A stretch of 63,264 nucleotides of DNA, counting the filler, from Choristocarpus tenellus KU-1152 (Eukaryota > Protista > Phaeophyceae): NCBI GenBank assembly GCA_964200185.2. It is 6 parts of 6 records of this genome, joined end to end, with 100 filler letters (N's around TTAATTAATTAA, not from the genome) between each part and the next. Parts side by side here need not be neighbours in the genome. Positions count along the whole stretch, not along the records: positions 1 to 30,601 come from CAXNAD020000088.1; 5 more parts are not named here. One strand, written 5' to 3'. This document shows, piece after piece, positions 1 through 12,600 of the stretch. Position 1 is the first letter of the stretch, and every line of letters starts with the position of its first letter. The notes under the pieces were generated by a model that was given only the letters and a program-made list of their open reading frames with translations, was not told the DNA's origin and ran no database searches. A program made the translations under genes and the position numbers.

Positions 1-78
1 CCAAAATTACATCAAAATCACAACATTGGATTTTGTCCCCAAATGGATGAGGCCATACCCTCTAAGATACTTTGGCTC
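1..78 (+). mobile_element. MITE family A, right end
   Basis: CAAAATTACATCAAAATCACAACATTGGATTTTG...TACCCTCTAAGATACTTTGGCTC is homologous to 38500-38578 and, reverse-complemented, to 47430-47500. Confidence 0.8.
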
Positions 79-609
79 ATATTGGTATATGAACTAGTGG
101 ATGAAGAGTGGAGACCTAATATGGAGCTAGCTCTGGGGCTGTGCTTTTGTGGAGGGTTAGGGGTGATCTTCTGTTTTTTTGTGTTCAAATTTATTGTTAC
201 AGAGATGACCTCCTGCTACTGCTCTGGTGGTACTTTGTACTACTCCAGTACTTGGTCTTTGATATATACACTCTCATGGTGCTTGAGTAGGCCGAGAGAA
301 GCATGTATTTATGCAGGTGATGGTTCTAGACTATGATTCAGTTTGTGATTTGATTGCATTCAAGATATGATGGAAGGTGATGAATTAAAGCATGTTTACA
401 CTGGATTCTGCCTGGATACTTTGTTCACTTCAGTATTCTCCTAGTATCTTTTTATAGTTAAGGTTCCTCTTTCACGTACAATGCCTTGGTGTTTGGGGTC
501 TGCTTGTGGGTAAATGTGGAATGAACCAATGGTCACGTGATGCATGGGAAGTCATGAAGGATTGCTCTCCTCATTGCCAATTGACCTTGTAGTTTGTGTT
601 TGCATGCAG

Positions 610-3600
610 GTGCTGTCCTCAAAGCATGTAGATGGGCAGCTGGCCATGGGCTACATGCTGTCACTACCCACAGAGATGGCGTTCTCCACCTTCCGCCGTA
701 CACTGCAACTGTCTAATGATGACTTTGATAGGTGATGACTTACATGGGAAGAGAGAGGACAGGTATTACTCTTCAGCACAGTGATGGATTGGTTGTGGTT
801 GATCACTGATGGAATGTGATATATGTGATATATGAGTAGCTAATAGGGTGTAGTCAGGTACAAACAAGTCTGGTGGCAATATTCCAGGGCTCTGCACCCT
901 CAATTGTCGCACCCTCCGCCCCCTACCACTACCTCAGAATGAGCACAATGGCGATTGTGGGTAAGGCCACCGCTAGTGCGTGGGGACAGGAGGACCTGCT
1001 TCGCCAATTTGCTGCACTGGGCAATAACGCTCACTGGTGGCATGTCTTCACCAGCCTTAAGATTCCATTTGACAACACCAGGTGTCTATGTACTTCATCT
1101 TCTCCCCCTTGCTACTCCCTTGCCCGATCATCCTCAGATTGCTTCCACTATGTGTTCCACTCACACCCTTACCTCTGTTGTGCATTGCCTTTTATTTTTA
1201 TAATGACAAATATACCATGAAGTAGTCCTATATGGTACTACTAACTACTACTGTTTCACGACTGTTACTATTCAAATATTTGATGCACTCAATTCTCAAC
1301 CTCATTTTTCTTTTTCTTGTGTGTCGTTTTTTTTCTGTTCCTGCCATCATTAACAGAACTTTAAAGCCTCTTAATGCCAAATATTTCTAAATAATCTATT
1401 CTAAAACAATATACTGCATATAGTTAACCACCAAACTTAGCATGTATGGAGTAGTTGGTTGTCTCCCTTGTGCACACTCTCTAAACCTTACACTGGTGGA
1501 CTAAAACAAATCGCTTGAGAAAGGATTAATAGACTTAGTAGGTAGGACTGCTAGGCAGTATGTGAATTAGAGGGAAAAATGATTACCACTAACCGCTGCA
1601 AAAAGTGTCTTGTTGAATTAGAGGAACAACATAAGGGGACAACTGAACCACTTGCAACAATATAAGGCAAACACTGAGTACCTTGCAATGTCAACAACTT
1701 CTCTCACTGTTGTTGCTATACCACTTTCTTGATAATTATAATAGTAAGATATTGACTAACTGAGATGTCACACAAACACTTGTATACCCCTCTTTCTAGT
1801 ATTCCTCCACTGTCTCCTCCTTGACTAATTCCCTCACTGTCCTTGAACCGGTTTACTCTGTTCATCCCCCCCCATCGGCTTTGACTAATTCCAAAGGTTC
1901 ACACAGGAGAAGGCAAACATGCAATACAAGGCAAACATACAGTACCACCGGACTTTGGCCCGCTCTCTCCTAGAGATGTCCAGGGGAGACCTACCCCTAA
2001 CAATGGAATACTGTGAACAGTATGGAGTGGGGAAGGCCTTCCCTTGCATCTTGTTCTTGGAGCAGCAACTGGGCCTTCCCCGAACATCTCCTCAGGATCT
2101 GTCCTATCAGGTGAGGAGGATGGGAGTGGGGGTAGGGGGTGAGTGATTTAGGGCACTTTTTGACCAAATGGAGACACTTCGAGGTGTGTATCAAGTCTAT
2201 CCTGTACCAGAATGAGTGATGGTATTTTAGGATTGTGTGAAATTCTTGTTCATTGTAGGCATTCTGCTGATGTCACACCATAGACATTCCTGGTCAAAAA
2301 ATATTTCGCAGCAAACTTTTTCTATGGGATACGATATTTGTCTTCAAATTGTTCTGGTGTTATTATTTTTATTATTTTTCCCACTGGTCTTATCGGAGGG
2401 GTCCATAGCCCATGATGAAAAGGTGATGCAAGTGAGAATGTCCAATCGCTGAACAAATATAACAAAAGAGGAAACTTGATGTACCTATGAGGGCCAGCCA
2501 AGACCCAGACATTGATCACAAATCGTAGTATTCTATTTGTACCTCAATATTAATGCTACAAATATTAGTACCCAAAAGCTGACAGGAAATCGGTGATGCT
2601 GCCAGTGTCAACAATCTGTGACAGGTTGTACAGAATAAAATAGAAAATGGGGTCTAATCCCATCCATTAATCCAAACACCACTCACCACACATACCCTAA
2701 GATTAAGAGAGACCAATGAGAAAGCACCACTCAAGAGGTTGTGGTGAGTGTTCTTCGTGTGACCTTGTGTCTACTCTTAATCTTATGCTGTACAGTACGA
2801 CTACACAACTCACTTGCATCAAGTACTAGTTGCTTTTCTGTAAGTCGCACATCACATACCACCATGGTTACTGTTTGTGTTAGTGTTCTGCCCTTGTATG
2901 CCTCCCCTTGATCATGATGAAATTGCTCAAGATTGTCTTGCACCAGTGCTTCTCCTGTCCACCCCGCCTCTTTGCTCTATCTTGAAGTTCCCCCAATATG
3001 AACGCAGTGGTTAGTGGCTCATACACCACATGTATACCTGATGTAGCACCATAGAGATCTCTCTCCATCATTGGAACCGTTAAACCCATTTACTGCTTCA
3101 GAAACATGCAAGGCACGGAATACTCCACAAGTATTGCTTGTTCAATCAAACTCTTTAGTTTTGCAGGATATTTTCATTGGTTATTCTGTCAATAAGACGT
3201 GAAAAACGAAAATCTGAGTTCGTTTTGCTGCTCCCTCTTCACCCTAGCACCTGATTAGTTTAGTACTAAAGTAGACACTAAATAGTTGTCAGAGAGAGAG
3301 AGAGAGAGAGAGAGGGCTATGAACAGGCTGTGATGGTTTGAGTAGACAAAGTCTTCTAGGTGATGATCTATGCATGTTAATAGCAAGAGGTGTCACGTAG
3401 CTTGCATTGTAGTTATCTCACACCACTTGGAAATGACCCAGAGCACCTCCGCAGTCCATTGTGCACTATTACTAGAGCAGAAGCGAACTAGGCCAAGTCA
3501 GGGCAATCTCTGTGGTATCCAGTTGTTGTCCTAAACTGGTACCAGATGTATCTTTGATGAGTACTTTGATCCCTTCTGCCCCTTAAGGTTTTTCCTACCC

Positions 3601-6600
3601 CCTTTCTCAGCCCCTTCCCCTCCAGCAGTTCTCCAGTTGGCAATGACCTTGGCATCATGTTCCCACTTGCATCCCCAACTCCCCCACCCCCCAACCATTG
3701 CCATTATTTTTGTTTGTACAAGGAACGTGTCCTATCAGTGCTGCCCTCTGTGGAAGGGCATTACCTTGTCCGAATTCTTGTTCACATGCTGGATGGTAAG
3801 AGGGTGGACAACCGGGATTATGAACGCTTGGTGTTTATTCATGAGCTACTGCTATCCGATGAGTGCCAGGCAAGGGTTTTGTTAGTTTTAAGGTAGAGAT
3901 ATGGTTGTGACAGTTGCAACGCTGTGTTATTGTGTTATTGTATTAGGAGGAGGTACACTGTATCTTTGTAGCTTCAATGCTCAATGCCACTGTATACTGT
4001 GTCTTTGTAGCTTCAATGCCCAATGCCAGTACACTGTATCTTTGTAGCTTCAATGCTCAATGCCACTGTATACTGTGTCTTTGTAGCTTCAATGCCCAAT
4101 GCCAGTACACTGTATCTTTGTAGCTTCAATGGTCAATGCCAGTACACTGTATCTCTTTACACTGTATCTTTGTATCTTTGTATCTCTTTCTCCTTCTCCT
4201 CCTTCGTTTTCTCTTCTCCAAGCACTTGCTATTTCCATCCCCTGGTGATGTGTGACCCTCTCCTGTCTTTGACCACTCTCTACCACAGAGGCACATGGAG
4301 GGAGGGGAAGAGGACAGGGAGCGTTGGGAGGATCACCTTTTAGTCCTGGACATCCTCAAGGCCTACAGCAGCCCCTTCCCTCTGGGAGAAGATGGGAAAC
4401 CACTTGGGGAAGATGTGTGCCGTGGCAAGGCAAGGATGAAGGGGACTTGATATGTTTGTGTTTGAATCTGTGTATCTTTAATGGTGTCGCCTCTTAATGT
4501 CTATGGAAATGTCACCCAAAAGAATCGAATGGGTATGGAAATAACACTAGAGAATGAAAAGTACACTGAGATTCTTCTTAATCTATAGAAAATAAAAAAT
4601 ATAAAAATAACTGATTTGTATTCTGATTTTTGCTTTAGCGTCAGGAAGCAAGTACCTACACAAGCGTACAGTGGTTGCCTTATCCATTAGACATTGTGTA
4701 TATCCATTAGATATTGTGTATATCCATTAGATATTGTTTATATCCATTAGATATTGTGTATATCCATTAGATATTGTAGCGTCATGTGCTAAACTTGAAA
4801 CAACAAGATGGTAAGTAAGGCAATAGCATGTTTTTGAAGCATTTTCATTGAAATTTTGGGATGTGTTGGTGCATCCACAACAATAATATTTTTTTTCTTT
4901 TGGAGGACTTGTCAGTTGTGAGTTGTCGGTTACAACTTGTCAGTTATGAAAAAACAAAGAGTAATTAAATGCATAGACAAACAAACATATAGTCAAAGTA
5001 AGAGAGAGGTATCCTCAGTTGCATTTTAAGATTCCTGGCTAATGTGTCCAAACTTTGACTTTAAAAAAAATCAAGTGCGTATAGGATATATTTCTCCCAA
5101 ATTCTGTTGAAAATGATTAAACAATGGAGAAATCAAACCTCTCAAGTCAAACTTAGCAATTTATCCATATAAGTAAATAAATATGGGTAAATTGCAAAAG
5201 ATTGAAAAACTGACTTGTACTGCAAAACAATCAAAAACTGGTTACCTATTGTTTGCCTTAACTCTTAGAGTTAAGGCAAAAACGTAAATAACAGAAGGCA
5301 AATGAGCCATATGTAGCACAAGAAAAATTGCATGGTATGCCTATAGTTTTTATTTTCAGGCACCTACTTTTTTTTCACTGCAATAATTATTTTTTAATTT
5401 CATTCATTTTGTGTGGAGATGGGATTCAACTCTGTTATCTTAGCTGATTGGTTCAAAGCAATATGACCTCTCTGAAAAACCAATCAAAACAAATCTCTAT
5501 TTTATTTTTTATTGTTAATTCTCCGTAGTAGTTGGTTAATTTAAACGGATCTGAATCTTGGGTTCATTCCAGTGTTTACAGCCCTTGGGGGGTTTGCTTG
5601 ATAATATGTTTCTTGTCTTGCGTCCGACTCCATCAGAGAAAAGGCAAGGGTTATATTGAAACTCTTGCAATACTTCCCTATTTCTGACACTACCTTGATG
5701 ATAATTACCTAATTGTAGTTGAACAATGCCTAGTATAGTCCTGTTATGGTTATAGATCATATTACAACAACTCACTGTAACTAAGTTAACTCAAATTCTG
5801 TCTTGTGTTGGTTGTGTTCCACCACTCACTGCCTTCCCCCACAGGGCTTATATCTGCAAATATCTTGGGTCATCCCCACTACATTGCTTTTTCGAAATAT
5901 AAAGCTTGACCAAATGCTTTAATCGTGATTGCACACCCCAACATTAGAAAGCAGTGTTCTAACAAGGCAATGTGCCCATTTATGAGTCGCTACTGTATTC
6001 ACTTCATGTTCCCGATTAATGTTGGCCTGATGTTGATGTTAGTTACTTGCTGATTACATTTAGTGCTTCTACTGTTGTGGATAGTAGCGAGGCAGCTCTT
6101 ATTGAGTGTGTTACAGACATCACCACCGTCCAGTTTAGATTGATGTGAAGTGTTGATGAATGTGAGTCAGTTCTCTGTTCTGTTTGTGTCCTTGACCGAT
6201 CCTTTTCATGTTTGGTTGATTTCATTCTGTCAGTTAGTACAGTCCCTCACATCAGTTTGTGAGTGTTGAGATGTTTCTAATAGGAATGTTTGTCACAAGT
6301 TGCTTGGAGAAGAATCTATAATGATGTTGGGATGGCGATGTGTATAATGGAAACACACACACAATCCTTGTTGTGTGCCAGAAGAGAAGTTCAAGTCCTT
6401 GAACACTGGCATATGGTGTGTGAGGTATGGACTGGACCAATCGACAGAATGAAATAACCAAATAGAACAAGGATGGTGTAACTGACAGAATGAAATCGAC
6501 CAAATAGAACAAGGATGGTGTAACTGACAGAATGAAATCAACCAAATAGAACAAGGATGGTGTAACTGACAGAATGAAATTAACCAAATAGAACAAGGAT

Positions 6601-9600
6601 GGTGTAACAGACAGAAAGAAATCAACCAAATGAAAAAAGGATGGTATAACCGACAGAACTGATCGGATCTGCAACAATAGTGCACTGATGCAACTGAACA
6701 ACAGTAAAACTGAAGAGTGACAGGTAGGCAGGTCTGGAACAAAATCAAACTGAGATAGAACTGAGGTGTCGTATGGACCTTGTTTTTTGACAATCAAACT
6801 GAGGACCATTACTGCCCCATTCAGTAGTTACAGTTACTACATCTATTGGTATTGATAATAGCTACTACATTTATTGGTATTGATAGTAGTTACTACACCT
6901 ATCGGCGTTAATAGTAGATGCTGCGCATGGTGATAATTTTGACGGGTAATGCACAACCTGTGGGAAATGATTAACTTCGTGGAATGTTCCCAAATAGGAT
7001 GGGTGTGATTTGAAATTGACAAATTTGTGATGTTGTAGACGCATTAGGTGCTGTGGGTTAACAGATTGAGGTGGTATTTTGAAGTGTAAGCGTGACTTCC
7101 TTGCTAAGGTTGTGAGGTTTGTTTGCATATCTGCAGTATCATGGTGTAAATGGACAAAGTTTGAGAATACATGTATGTAAATGTTTTTTGTTGAGAATGC
7201 CGGCATGACAGAGCCAAAAGAGTCATACTGGCAATAGCTTTTTTTTTTCCTCAAAAATTGAGAAGAAAAAAAAATATCCCACCAATCACACAAGATTTTT
7301 TTCTAGGGATTTATGGTGGACTGGGTAGCTGTGATCGGGCATTGTTGGACACAAGACAACTTGTAAGGGGATTTTTTCAAGGGCCAAACCACAGTCATAA
7401 CAGGTCTTTTGTGACTAGGGTGTGGGACAGGTTGGGCAAGATGTCGTTTGAAAGTATGGTTAAGGGGTGTGGCAGGTGTAAGATTGGTCGAGCTAAAGTG
7501 ATGGGTTGTGCATGGAATATGAATTGTTATGATACTTCCTCCGTGACACATGTTATTGAGCAGCAGTTTGGACACAAGTTATGCTGATCACAAGGCTAGC
7601 CCCAATGCAAGTGGCACAAAAAAACGTATCGGTGCCGGCCTGGGTAAGATATTTTTTATATTTTCAAGACAGCAGGCTGGGGCTTAAGAAAATGTCAAGA
7701 GAATGGACCGCAAGCCAGGTCGGTGGAAAACAATAAAAATAAAGCCTGTACTTTTCAATTCTATTTTTTTTCAAGTGCCTCAATACTTGACCACTAACCA
7801 GGAATGGGCAGTCCTTAGTGCTAACATTAATGTTCCAAACTATTTTTGATCCTAACTCTGCAGCTCTCTCTAAATTTGTATTGTGTTGTATGTCATACAA
7901 TATAATGTACAAGATGCAAACTTTGAAGTGATATTTTCTACTTCGCTTTTCCTAATTATGCCACATTATGCCTCACAAGCATGCTCATCATACTGCAATG
8001 CTCATAGCAAAGACAAAAATCAACCATCAGTCATCCATGGCACATGACAGGACAGTGTAGGTGTGTCTGGAGGTTATGAGATTGACTCCCGGGTGGAGAT
8101 GGTGTATCTTAGGCGGTTACCTTTTGGTGTGCTCGTAGCTGACCCGTGGTCGGTGCTGGAGCCACAGCTGAGAACAGCCACACTGGCAAAGCTGGTACCC
8201 CTTGCAGGTAGTGCATGATGTATGGTGTATGAGGTACTGCACTATACTCTACTGACATACTTGTTACGTTGTTAATTCAATAGTGAATGTAACGGGCTGT
8301 GTCTAAAATGGATTGAAGTATGCTGGTACAAACTTGAGCACCATTTCTTTTGTGGTAGGTGTAAATTGAACTGTGTATGACTATTGTTTTTTATTATATT
8401 TTCCTCTGGTGTTTCCTCTGGTGTTCTTTATTGCAAGTATAAGAAGAAGACTGATTGCTTTGTGGGTGTCAAGCAATCGTGTTCTCACCTGCTGTAATTT
8501 TGTATTTTTTTATGTCCTTTGTTGATATGTTTGCAAAAAATACAATGCTTCGAGGTATATTAAATAATAGAATTTAAATAATAGAATATTCTGTGTAGAC
8601 TGAATACATTGCTTTTGCTTGCTGATGCCAAGATGGTGAAGCTATAAAGCACTCTTATGCCTTACATGCATTCTAAATCTCCATAATGAGAGAGTCTTGA
8701 CCTTCCCCCCCTTCCCAGACCTACTTTACACTGTTACCTTCAACTGATAACTAACCCTAGCCGTAACCCTAACACCCACTACTTGTGCTGCCGTCTTGAA
8801 CCTACCTCAATTCCTGTTGTATAACCCTAACCCTAATTCCTGTTGTATACACAACTCTCATGCAGATCCACTGGGACTGAATGTGGCAGATTTCTACTCC
8901 AAGCTGGTTAAGATCATGGTCCTAGAAGGGACATCCACACCCCTTTGTCGTGAATCTACAGCTACTCTCACTCCTGTTCCAGCCTACTCTCCATTGAGGC
9001 CATGGATAGCAAAGATCAAGTGCAGCAGGACAGCTTGCATGACTGCACAATGGGTAGCTGCCAGGATGGGGAGGTGGGTATATAGGGTGTATTCCTATCC
9101 CTAACCCTAACCCTTATTGTGACGGTTGCATTGAATTGACAGCAACTTGTGTGTAGCCCTTACCCTTAACTTGCCAAGCGATGCACGGAAGTTCTTTTGA
9201 TTGTAACCGCATTGGTTTCCAACACACATACCCTCACATCGACATAAACATACAATGAAGATAATAACACACACATACATAGACTGGACTATGCATGGTG
9301 TACCTTGGATAAACATGCTGACTGCTCTCTTTTAGTGAATTTCTTAAACATTTTCGTTCTGTTTCTTTGCTTTCTTTTTTTTAAGACTATGAAATGTGAC
9401 CTGTACTCAAAAGGAATCTTCTTTTGCCGTCAAGATTCCAAGAGGGTCATAGCTCAATGACCAGTACAACAGTTACGAGTCATTCCCCACCCCTACCTCC
9501 ACCCCCTCACAACATATGGAAGAAAAACAATAACAAAGTAGCTTGACTCTGCTATCATTCCTCTACTTGTTATCCACAATCCACCTTCTATGTAAGAATA

Positions 9601-12600
9601 TTCTTGGGTAGCTTCTCATGTAGGTCCTTGACAACACCTTACATTGCTTCTACCAAAATCAACAAAATCTCCCTATTGTAATACCTTATGTGAGTAGCTG
9701 GAACACAGTAGTGTGAGTTGAATGCCCCACTAACCAGTTTGTGCTTCAGCAATTGTTCTACTCAAACTACACCAACTCGCCCTGGCTTGGATATATGTGT
9801 AGTGTGTAGTCTGTTGTCCTATGTACAGCCAACTCTTACACAACAAGCAGCTTCCAAATTGGGAGTGTATCCTCAATAAGATTTCAAGCTTTATCCAAAC
9901 TTACATTCAACTGCATCCCTCTCCACTTTCATCAAATATGTTCCAATCCACTTTCACTGTGCAGTGAACAGGACCGTCTGGAGGCTCTGGAGGCTGCCAT
10001 TGCCAGTGGGAGGAGGGCAGTGAGCTTGCAAGCACCACTAGATGAGGCATGTTCTGGCAGCAGAGGGCGGGGAGGGGGGGGAGGGGGGATATGTGAGACT
10101 GAGTGACTTTTTGAGGTGGTGGAAGATAACTATTGGTTGGATGGTCGTTTTGGTGCAATTGCAATGACCCTTTTCTTACTGGACCTGTATTTGAAATAGG
10201 GTCTGATACTGCCTGGGGAAGCAAGGGGGGGTGCGGAGGAGGTTGTATGTCAGCTGTCAGTGCTTTATTCTCCTTCTGGAAGGCACCTTCCAAAAAAGTA
10301 TCAACTTTCATAGGTTGCTCCATTTTTTCCAGCCTATACTGCTGCAGCATCCCATTCAATATAGAATATAAGGATATGGATGGACTGCTGTGTTAGGTGT
10401 TAGTTATGATTAAAATTAGGATATGTTATTATTAAATTCCACACAAGCATGAGCATGTTTCTGTGTTTACTTTCCACTCACCCTTCCCCACCTTACATTT
10501 GACCTGTCTTTAGTTGTTATGATTGTAAGGCCGTAGACACTTCAAGTACAGTAGCAATAGCCTGACAACATTGACAAGACATGGTTTGACAACATTGTTA
10601 GAATTACCAAGAATACCAAACCTACAACATTTCCAGTGTTCAAAACCCCACCTCCAAGACTTCAAAAATGCAAAATCCTCCCACTTATTTATCCATCTAG
10701 TCAGTAGTGGCGGGAGAACTATCAACTACACCATGAACATGTCGTGACTCTCTACTGCAAGGCTTATCAATATCACTCCCTCCTCACCTCTTCCTTACTC
10801 ACTACTTCTCTGTTATGGCATCGCCTTCTCAGGATGAGAAAACCTCACCTGTTATTACACTATTGGCAATGGCGGGATTGACTGATGATGATGAACAGAC
10901 AGACCTTTCTGACGGAGGGGAAGACCAACTTGACAGGGGTGGGGGAACACAACTCACAGGAGCTCAAGTCCTGGAGAAGTTGGAAAGGAGGGCTACACGA
11001 GTTCAAGACAGCATGGTTGTGAGGGATAGCCTGGGGGACGATGTACTTGACCGCTTGGCACCATACTTCTCATCCAGGTGAGTTGTGTTTGTGTTGTGTT
11101 TGGTATGTCTTGGAGTTTCCTAACATTTTGTAGGATTTCTGTTTGAGTGTGTGTGTGTCTCTGCATTGGAAGGTGTGTGCTTGTTGTCTGCATTGGAGAG
11201 TATTGTTGCACTCTCCTCAGCCCCCCAAACACTTACAAGTATGCTTCAGGTCTTTGTTGCCCTTGTCCTAGATACCTTTACGTTTTCAGTGTAATACTAT
11301 GGCCATCACTACTATAGCCATCAGTAATACATGCATCGCTGTTCCAGAGTTATTCCTGAAAGCAACTTGTATCCCAACTTGAAACATTTTTGTAGTTACA
11401 ATATCCATGTGCTTGTATCCTATCCAAGGTCTCAGAGAGTTGCACTCCCTTGTATGACAATTCTTTCACTTGTTGTTGTGGTGGTTGAGGTTCATCATTT
11501 GAAGCATATGCTGCTAAAATCTGTAGCACCATAGGGCCAAGTGTAAGCACCTCCCTTTGATACTCCTGTCTTACTATGCTCTATTGACACTCCATGCCAT
11601 GTGTTGCCCCTGTGATTTTGTCCCAATATCTTTTACTGTGATATCTCTATCTCTTTCTCTTTCTCTCCCGGTAATTGTGGACATTATTTGTGTGACTGAG
11701 CACACCTTGCATTGATTCCTCCTCATTTCCCACCACTACTACTACCACCACCACCACACTTTGTATGTACTCAATAAGTCATCTCAATATACCAATCTCA
11801 ACTACTTTCCACTTTGTTCATTACAGTATTCAATAATTAACCTTGAAGTTTAATTAAGCGTAGCCCATGTTTCACAAGAAACAAACACACCTTCCCTTAC
11901 GGCAATATATCTGATGCCCTATGCCTCCTACCCCTCCCTCTCTTCTACTCCCTTGTGGCCAATCAGCTGTGAAGATCTCTTGTCCCATATGCTGATGATT
12001 GCGGCAGAGGACGCCACAGACCGTGCCCTCAACCCTCCCTGTACACACAAGGTGAATTCCAACAATGTCCCAGTTTCAGGACTTGCTAGGGCACCCCACT
12101 CCACCGTCTCAGCTTTCTCCTCTCAACCAAATGCACCCTGGCCTTCAAATAGAGAAATGAATTCAATGGGAGGGGCGGCAGGGTCTGGGGGCTTGGCGGG
12201 GACAAGGAATGTTGGAGATGGCAGCATGGCAGAGTTCAGAGAGGCAGCTTCTAGGGCTACCCGTGCTGCAAAGAAGGTGTCATCTCTGAGAGGGTTTGCA
12301 ATTCGTGACTTGGATAAACTGCGACATCGCCTCACTCAGGAGTGGATCTTCCAGCCAAGGGCAGTGATGAGAAATACAGGCAATGGGCGAGGGGGAGTGG
12401 GGAATCTACTTGGGGATGATGGAGGAGTGGGGGGGACTGCATTTGTGAAGGATACTCGTGAAGTGAGTCAATATTTCCGGGTAGGGTTGGGAGTGGTGAG
12501 GAGGGTGTGTCTAAGTGGGTTATGTTGACTAGTGACAAATGCATAAATGAAGACAAATCATTTGTGGATTTTAAATTGTTCTTGGGGTTACCTTTACATT

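Noticed and set aside
6443-6659. CRISPR-like array (also 3954-4180 and 4681-4778)
   Set aside because: The units are contiguous with no unique spacers, there are no cas genes, and the context is a eukaryotic intron.
6252-6809. 185-aa and 166-aa minus-strand ORFs with 14-aa repeats
   Set aside because: They are open only because the 42-bp repeat lacks stops on that strand; antisense within a Rod intron.
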